Below are positions 27,960 to 43,471 of a stretch of DNA of 64,000 nt, one piece after another (position 1 is the first letter of the stretch; each line of letters starts with the position of its first letter). Where the stretch lies: NCBI RefSeq assembly GCF_001194135.2, contig NC_068990.1, positions 24,347,932 through 24,411,931 on the forward strand. Reading direction: 5' to 3'. Source of the DNA: Octopus bimaculoides. Its lineage: Eukaryota. The position numbers were made by a program, and so were the translations under genes. The notes under the pieces were generated by a model. The model did not search any database and had not been told where the DNA came from. It saw only the letters and a program-made list of their open reading frames with translations.

Positions 27960-28165
27960 AGCAGCGAGTTGGCAGAACCGTTAACACACTGGGCAAAATA
28001 CTTTGCGTCCGTTTTTTAACTTTCTTAATTCAAATTCTGCCGAGTTCTACTTTGCTTTTCCATCACGAGTCGAGAAAATATATACCATCCAAGTAAGGGT
28101 ACTGATGTAATCGATTTACCTTTTCCTTGCACTTGCTGGACCTGTGCCAAAATTTAAAACCATAA
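27958..28165 (+). mobile_element. SINE family B, diverged copy
   Basis: gcgagttggcagaaccgttaacac...tactgatgtaatcgattta...cctgtgccaaaattt. Confidence 0.6.
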
Positions 28166-28188
28166 TTATAATAATTATTACTATTATT

Positions 28189-28694
28189 GAGTGAGGGAGC
28201 AGCGCATACCATCAAAGTGACTCTGGGGTACAAATGTACGAAGCTTAATATACCCATCATGAGCAGAGGTTTAGTAAGCGTACATCAGGCGCATGCATCA
28301 TAACCATATGTGTGCCACATGGTGACCGCATATCAAGATAAAACAAGATAAAAAAAGATAAAACAACGCATGAACTTGCAGTTGGGGCCCAGTAAGAACT
28401 CTTCTCAAATCAAGTAGCCAATTCCGCTCAAAAGGCCCTTGAATATGGCTTGTTTTAGGATGATGACAGAGACCTTCACCACATGGCTATGATGCTCCTC
28501 TCGTGATCAGAGATGCACATATCGCCAGCCACAAAGGAACATGCTGTTAAGATCATGCAATTAACAAGCGAATCTGCAGTATTGAGCAGAATGCTTGCTG
28601 TAACCCATCTTTTACACCAAGACAAAACATGTACTTGTTAACATTTCTAATCAGTTAAGATCAAAAGCCATAGAGCCGCTGCCTGATACTGTAT
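28189..28694. mobile_element. Interspersed repeat, family D (class not determined)
   Basis: About 100 bp (catatcaagataaa...gcatgaacttgcagttggg.cccagtaagaa...cgctcaaaaggccc) recurs at 29365-29473. Confidence 0.6.
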
Positions 28695-28767
28695 TTGCCT
28701 TTCATTTTTTCGGGGTCGATAAAACTTCAGGTCGATAAAACTTCAGGCCTTGTGTCTATAGTAGAGG

Positions 28768-28769
<2 letters not shown>

Positions 28770-28847
<78 letters not shown>

Positions 28848-28860
28848 ATTATTATTATTG
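28770..28860. repeat. (ATT)n microsatellite, SINE tail
   Basis: Directly visible; similar tracts at about 21314, 26208, 43423 and 57503. Confidence 0.95.
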
Positions 28861-29048
28861 TTGAGTTTTTAATTCTTAACAGCACTTTTTCCATCTCTTT
28901 ACGTTCTGGGTACAAATTCAACCGAGACCAACTCTGTTATTCATCTTTTTGCGGTCGATAAGATAAGTACCAGTCAAGTACTGGTCTCTTCTGTTTTTAA
29001 TTCTTATTCTTCGTTTTTTTTTTATTATTATTATTATCTTTATCAATA

Positions 29049-29240
29049 TGGCGAGCTGGTTGAATCGGTAGCACGCCGGACAAAATGCTTAGCATTCCGA
29101 GTTCAAATGCTGGCAAGTTCGACCTTGTTCTTTATTATTTTGGAGTCGATAAAATAAGTTCTAGTTGAGTAGATCGATCTAATCGACTAAGTTCCTCCTT
29201 CTCAATTCTAGGCCTCTGTGCCTACATTAGAAATTATTAT
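29049..29240 (+). mobile_element. SINE family B, diverged copy
   Basis: ggcgagctggttgaatcggtagcacgccggacaaaatgcttagc...gtcgataaaataag, ending in (att)n. Confidence 0.6.
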
Positions 29241-29364
29241 TATTATTACTATTATTATTATTATTATTAAATTCAGTATTATCCGTTACTTTACTAAGTG
29301 TCCGTAAGAATCCAAGATAATTGCATATATGAAAATACGTTCAAGTTACACACATTCCTTTCAA

Positions 29365-29473
29365 TGTGCCACAGTCTTCGACCACATATCAAGATAAACA
29401 GCGCATGAACTTGCAGTTGGGTCCCAGTAAGAATTTTTCTCAAGTCGAGTAGCCAATCCCGCTCAAAAGGCCC
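29365..29473. mobile_element. Family D fragment
   Basis: Aligns to about 28313-28438. Confidence 0.6.
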
Positions 29474-31273
29474 AATATACAAAGATTATATATAAATATT
29501 TTCTTACGTATATCATTTTAGTTCTTGGGGGATTTTTATAGGCTATCTAGCACTGATGTGAGTATTTGAACAGAATTAGATGATGATATTCAATTTCTTT
29601 TATAAACAAAATTAAATTTAACTCAGAGCACAGTAACTCGTCCACGCAATGGAAGCAGCATTAATTAGAATAGACATCTATGTACTATACTTAACGGATA
29701 TGCACCGTTGGCAGGCAAAATATGGCCTTTATCGCCCGATATAAAATCTCTTATAGACTTGGTGTCTTAAAAGTACAGCTGTTATCGGAGGGAGCCGAAA
29801 TATTGTTCTGCAGCGACTAGTAAGAATTCTAGATTCATTTTGCCCTTCCAGGGCTTTATCACATGACGCTTTATGTTGTGATTTCAACTGTAGTATCTCG
29901 ATTGTCAACGATGTTTACACGTAAGGTATGATATATATGTAGCTATTCTACGCATTGTGTTGATAAATAGAGTTAGTATTTACATCTTTTATAGTCTTTC
30001 GCTTTCTATGTAGGTGAAGTGCCATGCGTTCTGTTTTACTTGAGACTTCCAGTTTAGAATTGTAGTATATACAGCCGAATGATCGAAACTATGGAATCCT
30101 ACTTTATTTTTCACCCACCTCTATAATAATTTGTGAGGCTATTAGATCCCCATCCCCAGAAGCTGATTTCCCAAAATTCTCAGCATGCATCAAAGATGTC
30201 ATTACATTCGTTAATACATATTAACGAGCGAACCAGTATCAAGAATGTTGGCTGCTCTTCCTCAGTCGAGGCATAAACAGCCAGAAGTCTAATGGAGTCG
30301 CCTACGCTGATGATAAGCTCAAAAAAAAAGACCATTCTGCGAATCTCATTAGATTCGAAAAATGTCTTACAGGAAAAGGAAAATTGGACGCGTGACGTTT
30401 ATACGTTTCACAAAAACAAGACTTTGTAGCATGAATAAACTGAAATAGCTTCCATCAAAATGTCAGCATAACTGGTGCTTGAACCCATGGAAATTTCACT
30501 TGTTATTACCTGAAAGAATCTGGAAACAAACTTAACTGCTGTTTCCTGATGTAAAAACAAGATTACACCTAAAAAAGATAGGAAGATAACAGCGTGTCCC
30601 ACAAGTTTCTCTCTTTTTTTCTTTTCAAATACATTACTGATATAAATCAATATAACCATTTTCAGTTAGAAATCAAATTTTGTAACTTGTACTTCCCTTC
30701 AGTTTTTATATTCATTGTAGAATTCTTGCGAAAGAAAATTTATTAAATACATATCTATATACTTGAAATATGAAATTAATATAACATAGTAAATTACAAC
30801 TTTCCATTTTATTTACTTTAGAATTTAAATCAATTATTTATTTACACTTCTTATGGATTGATAGCCTTGGTTCCGCTACGAAAGGAAATTTTCAAACTGA
30901 TTCTCCAACAATTTTCATTGAATTATTTCAAATGAAAACAAGAAACATTCCTGTTTCCTCAACAATAACAATAATCAACCACGACGCTGTTTGTATATTC
31001 TGAATTGAAAACTACTTAAATCTAGAGTCATTATCTATTACTATAGTTCTTCTAAAGCTACAAAAGATTGAGTATATAACACTGCTTGTTGTAAAGGTAT
31101 TTAGCTGTAGAATTGATTTCATGTTACACACACACAAAAGAAGAAAACCAGAAAAAAACCTTCGTGAATAGGAAATGTACTTTTAACAATCTAGTAGTTA
31201 AAATAACTGTACGTGCGTTTCTGAATGATTGTCTGTTTGACTGTCTGTCTGTCACCCTTCTCTCGTTCTTTTT

Positions 31274-31346
<73 letters not shown>

Positions 31347-31725
31347 ATATCATATAAAGTACGTTGTCATAAGTATTTATATACATACATATATATATAT
31401 ATATGCGTGTGTGTGTTTGTGTGTGTGTGTGTGTGTGTGCATGCATGTATATACGCATGCACACATACACAGTTAGCACACACATATATTTAAATCATAA
31501 ACGTTCTTCCTCTTTGGTTAATGAAACGTTCAGCATTTCGATCATTTTGTCGTAGGTCTTTGATGCATTCTATAACATTAAAGTGTACAGGCATGCAAAC
31601 AATGATATATATATATGCATAAGATTACACACATATACTCAGAGATGTAAGCACAAACACAGAACTATTTTTGATTTTATTTGAATAAAGATATTTACAA
31701 ATGATGATATATGTGTGTGTATATA

Positions 31726-31727
31726 CT

Positions 31728-31779
<52 letters not shown>
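31726..31779. repeat. (GATA)n microsatellite
   Basis: Directly visible. Confidence 0.95.
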
Positions 31780-34232
31780 TCACTGAAAATACTTGAAATA
31801 AAAAGGTAACAAAGAAGTTTTTCCCTCTACATTTATTCCGTTTTTCGTTAACAAAAGCAAGTATGTTCGTGGAAATTGAATTTTCTTCAAAAGAAATTGC
31901 TCTCTGTATTGGCATGTTCACTGAGAATTGTACCCAACTGCATCGTTTCTACGTATATCTAATAGCAGCTAGCAGCAGACCTAGAGAATAGCTTCAGTTA
32001 GGAAACCCCTTCCAAATGTTTCCATTATGTGTTTAGTTGCACATTTTCTTGACATCGCAGCAAATCTTGTCGAAAGGAAGTCGGATTTCCTAAAAGAATA
32101 ATTAATTACTCTTCGTACATTTAAACCTATATATNNNNNNNNNNNNNNNNNNNNNNNNNNNNNNNNNNNNNNNNNNNNNNNNNNNNNNNNNNNNNNNNNN
32201 NNNNNNNNNNNNNNNNNNNNNNNNNNNCATATATATATATTGGAGTCTTACGTAATGTGTACTAGTTAGAAGAATCGGTACGGTTTCGAATACAATATTA
32301 CAAAGTGTTTTTCTTCCTCCGCGTCAATCCTACATGTATCAGATTTTGTTCTCGACCTTTTCTTGATCGATCAAAACATATTGATGCATGGCGGTCGTTT
32401 ATGGGGAATTATATAGTCGTAGGAGTAGATAATTTGTTGTTATTATTAAAGCAAACACCAGCAATGAGACTGGTATCGATTTTACCGGATTGTTTGTTGG
32501 AAAACATGTTTCTGTAGGTAGGGAAGACTTAAACGCTTAGGCAAATAGTAGTCTTTTCGAAAACTTTTATCCACGTCTGCGTTTTGTTATAGGCGAAGAT
32601 CATGATCATCTGGGATCAACGAGGACCTTAGAAGCAGTCGGTACACTGTTTAGTTAACATGCGTTTCGTTAGGTAGCAATTTTGAATTTTGTTTTGCGGT
32701 TTAATAAAAGGAAAGGCTTCTCCAGTAGGACTAGTTTTTGATACACAATATGGAAACTGAATTTCTCGAATGAGTTGTAAGACACATTTTACGCGCATTT
32801 TAAAAGGATGGTAATATAGTCGACAGTAAATATCGCAAACTTTTAACTTCGAAATCCATCTACTTCTGCATTGCTTGTTAATGAACATTCTATGTTGTCA
32901 ACCAACCTGGTAAAAATAGCAGCAAAATTTCCCTTCAAATCTACCCTTTTAAATAAGGAAACGACGTTTTGGATAACGTAGTCGTGGATGTACAAATATA
33001 CCGGATTGTTATTGGTGGAATTGATTTAGTCAACTGTACTTATACAAAAGCGACTTGTGCATAGCTTAAAGGAATTAATATTTCCGATCATATCAGAAAC
33101 ATTATGTATTACTTGTTGGATTAGCTTAGTGACGAAAGTGAACCAGATTTTTTACAAACATTTATAACAGTAATCTTAATCTCTCTAGATAACTAGTTCG
33201 GGTAATCTCGTTGTAAAGAAATCTAGGAAAAATGGACGAAAAATCTCTAAATTATATGGTAAATTATAAGTTTGCATTGCATTCAAATTAACTGAGTATA
33301 AATCAAGGATAACTTAAAAGTGAGCAGGGTTAAGGGATACTCTGGTCTTAATGTACAGAGAGTAAAGCATGTGGTTCTATCATTATATATAATAGAAGTT
33401 AAACTTTACAGAATAATGGTTCTTTGACACTGACAGAAAGAAAAAGATACCAAGAGCACTAAAATAAGATTCCTTTAGAAAAGAGGTGGCGTTAAAGTCT
33501 TTCTTCAAAGTTTCACACTATCCATAGTTGGACTTGCTCTAGTTCATTAAAATCTAAGTTAATTTGAATTATAATTTCATTTTCGAAGTAATTAATAAGG
33601 AAGACAGATATTATGAATATTACTTCATTCGTAATGTTATCTAAATGACACGTACCAGGAACTCGTTAGAAGTTGGTGGCTACTATATTTGTAAAATTAA
33701 TCACATTATTTGCGATTCGTGGCTATAGATTTAACAGCTTGACAGCCACAAAAGTTTACTGAGTTATCAGGACTACCACTGAAAAATTAACCTTAAAGTT
33801 GAGAATCTAAGGCAAGCGAGACATATGGAGATCATCTCTATTCAACGTTTATGAATGTTAAAAGTCAAGGCTTCACCACGCGTGCATTAAAGAGGTAAAT
33901 TCATATTACCTATTCACAACTCATAAAATTTAATCAGCGTAGATTACGTGTCATATCCACACAATGTAGCACCAGTGTTCAAGAATGACATGTTTTCCAC
34001 TATATCATAAATTATAGATAATTAAATGATAAAAGGTACATTATGTAGATTATTGCTTTAACTACGTGACCACATAGTAACCTCGTAGATTGACAAAAAA
34101 CAGAGAACTGACGATTCAAGAAGCCAAATATATAAGTAACTCACTGATTTGTTGCTGGACCAGTATCACAAAGCACAAACACACACTCACGCACGTACGC
34201 ACGCACACACGCACGCACACACACACACACAC

Positions 34233-34282
<50 letters not shown>

Positions 34283-34569
34283 GCATATATAATGAAAAAT
34301 CAAAATGAATGGAACGGAGAAAGGATTAACGAGAACGGACAAAATAAATAAACATGGAAATCCTCTCATCAGCCACAGAGTCCAAACAACTAGCTCAGTT
34401 TCGGTGCGTTTAAAGTCCGAAGATCTTAAATTCCATGGTTTTACTACTCGTCTGGTTGTACTAGTGGTACAGGGAATAACAGGTGATGCACAAGCATGGA
34501 CTCATACATACATACGTACATACATACATACATACATACATATATACGCACGTGTGTGTGTGTGTGTGT

Positions 34570-34609
<40 letters not shown>

Positions 34610-34704
34610 CCTATAAATTAAAAATGTGTAACTTGTTTGACGTTTGGGCCGTTAGTTCTACATCATTACCTTCTTCCACTTTTTTAAGAAAAGACAGAGA
34701 GAGG

Positions 34705-34743
<39 letters not shown>

Positions 34744-35659
34744 ATTCATATAGTGTCACCAAGCCTGTTTGCCAGCTAGTAATAAAAGGAATGATTTCGA
34801 AACATTACAGCATAAATTTATTTCAATATTCATGGAACTACACATGCACCATAAATATTTATCTATTTATCTGGCTGTGTGAGTGTTTGTTTGATCTGGA
34901 TTAACTACAGCACTAACATTTAAAACGACCAGTACGCCATAACAAATTCGAATCTAATGTTTTTTGTTGTGTTGTAATGGGAAGATGATTTCGGATATTT
35001 TCCTTACGAGGAATTATTAACGTGATAATGGTTGGTGGATCAATCTCCGTCATTGCTCAACGATCATGATTCAGTTGTTGTTATTAACTGAGTTATCTGC
35101 TCCTGAATTTTCAATACTCGACACTCTTGGGTACGCTTAACGTAATTCCCAGCAAGAATCAATGTAAAACAGTATGTGAAAAAGCCTTCAGCACACTGGC
35201 CTTCCATACAGGTTATGCGTACCCAATTTCGCTTACACGATACGAGGTAACCTGACGGGTGGAAAATGAACTGCTTAAACATTCGGCCATGCAGTGCTTG
35301 CATCAAATTATACGCTCCTCTTTTGTAAAAACTTCATGTTCGATCAGTTAAGTGTTTACTTCGCAACCCCGAGGCATGATTGTGTCGCTTTGCAACCATT
35401 TGGTTTTGGGCTCAGTCCCAATGTACAGCACCTTGAGCAAGTATTTCTAGTGTAGCATTGAGCCGACGACCAATGCCTTGTGAGTATATATATGTATGTA
35501 TCTGAAATAGATGTACGATTATTACTGTTACGTTTACTGCACCACGTAGATTATCATAGTCCAGTCTGCTTCGAGTATAGTTGTTAAACAACTATTATAT
35601 TTAATAGTGTTACTAGTTTTGAAATACAGAGCAACTGCAGGAAAAATTACAATATATAT

Positions 35660-35713
<54 letters not shown>

Positions 35714-37522
35714 TTGCATGACAAGCGGTACTGGTTTGTTTATGTTAGCGTTTCGCCAAAAGAGTCCAATAGAATATGTACCAAACTTTTGCAGAAATAG
35801 GTCATGGTGTTAATATGTTCGACCAAACCCTTCATGACGCTGCACTATCATGGCCGCTGACCATTGAGTGAAACAAATAATAGCTAAAAGATACAAAGAT
35901 GGATATATCGTAAACAACCAGTACAAAAAGTAACCTTGCCATGTATGCAGCACAACACTCACCCACTGCGTCATCAACAATTAGACGAATATAAATGTAG
36001 CTTAGACATTCCAAATTAGTAAACTCCAAGTGTCTTTTATCTTAGTTGTTGAGCTTTTTCAAATCTGCGTTTTGAAAATGTATATATGTTGATATCAAGA
36101 GAATGGTACAGATGAGTGAGGCGGTAGAGCGTCTCTCTTTAATGTATTGTGGTGTTTAGATTCCTGCTAAGATGGAATTTTCTCTGAATTCGTCTAGAAT
36201 CAATAATGAAACAACGTGGATATAACTGAGCCGATTCAGTATCAAACTTATACTGGCTAACGTGGCTGACTTTGTGCCAGGATATATGTCTGAACGTGTG
36301 TGTGTATTAAGTACAGATCACGCTCGAAATAGATAAAGCTGTAAGTAATAGCGTGTAAATATTTTATTGAAGTCTTCGGGAGTTTTCCATTCAATCGACT
36401 TTCCAACCCATTATTTGCAAGCTATTATTTGTAACTTTATTTAACGATTTATTGTTAATATATTAAATAATAAACAGTTGGTCTATTTTTCTCTAAGTTC
36501 AAATCCCACCACTCTCTAGAGTCATTCTTCTAGTCCGGCGCAACAGGCACCAGACATACAGTGAAATAAATTCCCTCAAGAAACCCTTTGCATATTAAAA
36601 AGAAATTAATATTCCCACTCACTGTGAGAAACTATGTTTGGGTAAACTAAAAAAGTGGGGGCTGTATGTAGTCGTCATTTTCCTAGAAATACTATCACAG
36701 CTACTTCATATCACAGTCTACTTTATTAGACAAAGAAGGACGTGTCGAGGTGGTTATAACTAAAATCACTTTGATCTTAGTTTTGTTTGACCAGTCATGT
36801 ATAGAAGCAGATTTCGGTTCCCTCTGGAATCGAAATCACTCCAGTGATGCAATCTAATGATTCAGAAAGACTTTTATTTTTAAAATAAGAGATGCAATTA
36901 ACATTTACACGAGTTTTTCGTAGAGTGAGAAAACAAGTCAGTAGTATAGTATCTACAAGACATGCCTGTTTTTAACCTGATTTTCAATACACTTTGATAC
37001 GATTTCCTTTTGTTTTACTCGGTTATGTCTCTTGTAAAAGTAATAAATATCTTACCCTTTCATCTCAATTTCCGCAGTACATTTGCATCTTTCTATATGA
37101 TCAAAACAGAGGTTAAAAATTCTCTATAGATGTACAGCAGCAATTAAAGAAACATTAACCTCATCTTAATATGAGTACTTTATCACAATACTTATTCATA
37201 ATCAGTAGCATCCAGTTCGAAATCATTTCATCATTTCATCTATCAAGCAATGCAAAATAAGCCGCATCTGTAAGATAAAGGTGACTATCCTGTAGAACTT
37301 CCTCATCAATCTCTACTATCATCGGCTTTCTTGCCGTTTTGTCTTCGATTACCTAACTTCAGGTAAACCCCTTACATTTTACTATTATATCCATAAATCC
37401 CCGCCTGTTTATTCATTGCATATATATATTTTTCTACTCACAGGAAGCAGATACAGTTACACATGTAAGATGATCTACCTTACAATATTACTGCTATTAT
37501 TATTATTATATTATTATTATTG

Positions 37523-37557
<35 letters not shown>

Positions 37558-37789
37558 CATCATCATCATCGCCATCATCATTTTCATATGACCTTCATAA
37601 TCATCACCCTTAAATGTTATTATCATTAACAATTCGTAATTAGTAGTCACCATATTATAGGCCTTAGTTTTCTGTGGACTGATTCCGTGGTTCGGTTTTA
37701 ATTTTCAGTTTGGAACCGTTTCTTTTTCATATGACAATTTATGTTCTCGAGTAAAGCATAAGCATTATAATTAATAACCCCCTTCCACA

Positions 37790-38180
37790 ATCTGATATGA
37801 GTGGGTGGTGGAGTAGTAGAATCTTGCAGTATTTGTTCCAGCTCCATAGTCTTGAGTTTAAATCCTGCTGAAATCAGCTTTGCCTTTGATCCTCCTAGGA
37901 TCAATACGATAAAATACCAGACAAGTATTGGTTCAATGATGTCGGGCAGTCCCTTCCCCTTAAGTTTACTGGCTTTGTGCCTAAAACTGAACCGATTATT
38001 ATTATTTAACTTGAAGAATCAGTAGAACATCAGAAAAAGTGTCTCGCACATTTACAGCCACATCTGAGCTCAAATCCTGCACCGGCTAACCTTTAATATT
38101 TCGAGGGTCCATAAAATAATGTACTAGTCAAGTGCTGTTGTTGATATAACTGAGTGTTCTCTCACCCAATTTCTGGTTTT
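37790..38180 (+). mobile_element. Two decayed tandem SINE family B copies
   Basis: gagtttaaatcctgctgaaatcagctttgcctttgatcctc...cgataaaataccag and gagctcaaatcctgcacc...cataaaataatgtactagtcaag. Confidence 0.45.
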
Positions 38181-40179
38181 GCACATATGTAAAAAAGGAG
38201 TTCGACAGCAATGTTTTCTTTTATTAGAGATATTCTTACCTTCACTGTATTTCCAATCGTTAATACTTACTTCTTACTCACCCAACTTGAGTGTTATTGA
38301 AAAGCGGATGTAATCTACTGCTTACTAGTTTGATATATTGTCTTGCTTGTTTAACTTCCTGTTTCTTCACGTCTCATCAAAACTTGCTAACCAGTGTTGA
38401 TACCCTACGATGCTGAATTGTTTAAATTAGTCTGGCTAATATTTTGGGAGCATTTTAATTTACTGTATTTCATGCCTCATAAAATAAAACGACAAAAAGA
38501 AATAGTTCTATAGAAAATATTCATTTTTGTTCTTTAAGAAATAGGAAATCGGCATATCAGGAAGAGGCGTATGAACCCGTTCTGATTGCTGTTTAAGGCC
38601 ATATTGAAATGCTTGGAAAAACGAACTCATTCGTAAAAGCTATACACTTTTTACGGATGTAAGAATTTGTATTAGCATTGACAACTTAAGTGAAATGACT
38701 GGAAACGATAGAAGCCTTATTTAATATTCTAAAATTTCTCCCAAACCATTCTGAAGTACTCTCCATGTTTTAAAATTCTTTGAACCCAATGATATATCAT
38801 TCAAGCGTCTAACGTTTAATGCTTGCACTTGACCGAATGTTAGAGGAGACCGGGGCATATAAAATAGGAACCTGACAGAGTAGGCGATTAAACTATATGA
38901 AAGTTATTTCCCAAAATATGTGACCTTGTACTTCTATTTGGAAATAATTTTATCATTGTTTTGTTATTATTGCTGACCTTGTTCTTGCTTATGGTTTTGT
39001 TATATCGTCGGCATAAATTTAAAACAATTATATTAATATACATATAATAGCACGTCTGCTATGGTATTCAAAGTATCATTTTTAAGGTCAGATTCTCTTT
39101 TCCTGATAATAATATCTCGTATAGCTTCTTGTCGTCTTCATACTACCTCATTTAACGAAAGATCTCGCTCAGTCAGAGTTTACATGGAAATAAACAAGAA
39201 CGAGTGAACTGACCAACTATAAGATTTGTATTTTATTTTTATGCAAATATTCAAAATTATCAGATTTATATAATTTGATGATATTATTTATAATAATGCA
39301 AACCTGCATTTAAGGTTTCGATTTCAGGTTTCAGTCATTTCCTGTCTTTAAAGCTGTTATTTTAGTAAAACATGGCATCGTGGTTAAGACTATCGCAGGC
39401 TCAGTCCCACTGCACTGCACTTTGGACGCATGGTTTGAATTGTAGATGCAAAACCGACTAATACCATTTGAATATGTATGTTACACAGAAACTGCAAAGA
39501 AGTGAGTTGCATATCATTGGTATTACGTTAAATTGTCATTGTCCAAATTTGGACAAATGTATTTTTTTCAACATTAACCTTGGCTTGCAATAACCGGTTC
39601 TTTTGGTCAAACTGTCGTATCTCCAGCTGCTTCAGATGCCAAGATATCAAAAATTGTCAAAGTGTAGTACAACGGTTTTGCTATGGAATGGCGAAACTAC
39701 TTTTTTGTTTTCTGAAAAAGCGACGTTTTGGACTTACGAGATTTTGCATTTTAGCAACGATATGTGTTTGCATGTTCATGTAGGAACGTGTGCATCATTG
39801 CTTTTATCTTTCAAACGCTTGGCATTCGATGTCGATTTGGTTGCGTCCCTGGAATAAAAAGATGAATAGAATAAGTACATAAATAAGTACCTTCTTCTGA
39901 AACTCTTCGAGCCGGTGACTTAACATGGCTGCAGTCCCAAAATAGAATGAAATAAAAGAAAAAACTGCTATAGCTTCTACCTGCAGTTTCTGAAACCTTC
40001 CTTCAAAATATAGTGGTAGTTTTGATATAATGTGTAGGTAGTTAACAATTTTGTCTCAGCTAGTTTGAGTCAGAACGCAAGCTAGTTCTGCCGGCCACAT
40101 TAAATCGGTATTAATATTACTAACATTATTAGATAAAAACAATCATTATTAAATTAGAAACAGTATTATCATTATTAGA

Positions 40180-40770
40180 GAAAGGACCGTAGTAGAAGCG
40201 TAAATGCATCGGACAAAATGCTTAGCAATGTTTCTTTTGATGCTATACGTTGTGAGTTCAAATCCTGCCGAAGTTAACTTTCCATTTCATCCTTTCCATA
40301 AAATAAAGGACCAATAAATTACTGGAATCGGTGTAATTGATTTGCAACTCTCTCGAAATTGCTGTCTTTGGGTCAAAATTAGAAAAAATTATTAGAGAAA
40401 AACGTACATTAACAGAGTAAGTAGAGTCACTAAAAATGCCTCGCAATATTTGTTCCGGAGTTTTACGTTCTCAAATCACGCAATGGTCAATTTTACCTTT
40501 CGTTCTTTCGAGATTAAAGTACCAATCTAATATTGAGTTTTACCGATCGAATTAGCCTTCCGCTCAAAAAAGTTGCTTTTGTGCCTAAATTTGAAGTAAT
40601 TGTTATCATTATTAGATAAGAAAAGACAGACAGAATCATTAGAGCGTCGGACGAAATGCTTCTGAGTTCAGATTCCTCCGAGGTTTTCCTTTCATCCTTT
40701 CGACGCTGATAGAACACGTACCAGTTAAGCACTTGGGTCAAAGCAGTTGACTGGAATCATCCCACTTAAA
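40180..40770 (+). mobile_element. Two decayed tandem SINE family B copies
   Basis: cggacaaaatgcttagc...gagttcaaatcctgccgaagttaactttccatttcatcc and cggacgaaatgcttctgagttcagattcctccgagg...ccttcatcctttcg. Confidence 0.55.
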
Positions 40771-43418
40771 ATTTCCAAGAATTGTAACCATTATTAGGGA
40801 AGGGAAGGCAAGCTGGTCGAATCGATTATCGAAGAGCGTAGTGGATCAGAAGAATATCCAAAGTGAAGAGCAATATGCTCTCTAATTAAATGCATTTGTT
40901 TATATTCTGGGTACGAATATTTCGAGGGTTCATAAAACAAAGTCTCATGTGCAATGTTGATCAACAGTCAAATTAACTGTAATCTCCTTGCGGTAGTAGA
41001 CCCTGTTACTATGAGTATCATTGTCATAGACCCTTAACCGTAATGTAGAATATGTGCATCAAATATCACCTTTATCTCCTACTCTATCATCACATCTTCT
41101 CAACTTTTGTTTACTTATTTTTCTTTGTGTATTTATTGTTTGTGTTTGCATGTAGACCGAACAGATAATTCATCAAAACTCTTTGTCATAATTTGACGCA
41201 TACTGATTCTTTAACCAACAGAATCACAATGGTGACTTTTCATCCGTTTTCGAATTTTAACTTAAATAGAGCATCAAATATAATTTTAGAAACAAATCAA
41301 CCATATGAATCTCAACCATGTCATATATTCCAAAAACATATACAAGTGCATTTATATATTTCCTCTTCATGATTTCTCAAGTTCTCTTTTCTTGTTTCTG
41401 TCTTGACGTACTGAGATGTCAAATGATCTCTACTCTCCAGAATGCATGTTAACTCACAAATATTTGAACATGGCACAATCACTGACTAATTTCCGTTCCA
41501 TAAAAGTAGGTCGCATGACGGCTCTTATGTCTGGTGAATGATAGCTTCCTGTTTATTTTTCTATATTTCATGTCTTTAGATCCCTTCGCCATTGACAAGA
41601 AATTTCGGTCTCAGTTTATCTATTCGTCATAACATTCTTTTTACATTCATATTCGGGAAAATTTCGTTTAATTCATTATCTGTCACTTCTTTTCGGAACA
41701 TTGGTTAGAAGATGATATAAAATCTAATGGAAAACAAGAAATTTCATACATTTCTGGCCATTAAAATATAAAAAAAAATTATTACCTTTCATTTTCTGTA
41801 ATTTATCATGTCATTTTGTCTTGCCGAGTTTTTTTTTATCATATCGAAATATCGCGATTTGTACCTATAGGAAAATCTAAGAAAGGTACAAGTTATGCAT
41901 AAATATTTCAATTTACACTGAATAATATTCTTCTGACGTATAAAATACACCCAAAATTGATTCGAAACTTAAGATATAAATTGGATTCTGTATTCGATAT
42001 AAATTTTGCTTTTAATTCAAAGAATCCTATTAAAAAATGTAAGTTTGCATCTAAAATATTGATAATATTCAATAAAAAACAATTTTATGCTGTAACTTGT
42101 CCTTCTTCAGAATGAACATATGAAGGAAGCATCTTAGCTTCACAGAAATACAATAAAGAATGAAATTTATAAGATGGATGTAAATAAGATCTTTGAGATA
42201 TACAAAATTGTTCACTTTTATATGGAAACGTCAATGGCTAGGATCATTGAATATGCATGGTATTACGTTTCCATTCTCTTATACGTCTCCAGTATTGTAC
42301 ATCGATATGTGAAGAGAAGGAAATTTGTAGAAATAATGATGCATGGTATTTCTTACTTTTATTTCTATTTTGAAATTCGAATGCCTGTTGTCTTCAAATA
42401 ACAAAATATCTTCAACATTAGAACTGTGGTTTCATTCAGTATAATTGTACAGTTAACAAAGGAACAAAACAAAACAAATTTCATAGAATACGCATAAAAT
42501 ACACACACAAGTGCACACGCGTACAAGCACATACAAAGATATCCGAAGATTATCAGATGCAGTTGCCTGTCTCTCAGCAGCATTCGTCTCACTATTTTAT
42601 TCATTCTATCAATGAATAGTCATAAATGAACCAAAAATAAATCATGGGCTGTGTTCATGTTTCAGTTCATATTACACTACGATCACTTTGACATCCAACG
42701 GGTGGCACACTGTACAATATCGAATTGAAGAGTGTCAGCGAGTTTATTGCGCATCTGCTTCGAACAACAAGAGAGTTCACGATACACGTACATACATACA
42801 TGCATACATACACACATACATACATACAGACATACATACACACATACATACATACAGACATACATATATACATAAGACATTTAGTAGTAGGTTGAAGAAT
42901 AACACATCCTAATACAGGAATAAATCACAAAAGCCCAACACGTGTTTCTGTTATGTAAGCAATTTTGGACATAATTCAATGGTGCAAAATACAAATCTGT
43001 CCATATTGAATTGATTGTGGTATCAGATATACCCAAATATGTATTCTAACATAATCTTTTCAAGGGGACTCACTCGCTGAGAGATAAAGAAAAGAAACGT
43101 AATGCTGACATCAATACAGGGAACTAACCATTTAGAGAGAGTGAGAAAGAGAGATTGTAATTATACAGGTATACACATATACTTCTGTGTATGGTAGAAA
43201 ATATAAATACACATATGTATTTTAATTTTCAATGTACACATACACAGTCTACGAGTCCATCTCAGTACACATGTATACAATTATATGCTTTAACTACAGT
43301 ATTTGAGCTTTTTAGCTCTTATTTCTAGTAATGTAGGTGTTCTAACAGCCTAATCATATTTAGTAACAATTATAGTTTTCCTTTTTGGTAAAACATTGCA
43401 TACAGCTGTCTATATTAA

Positions 43419-43471
<53 letters not shown>

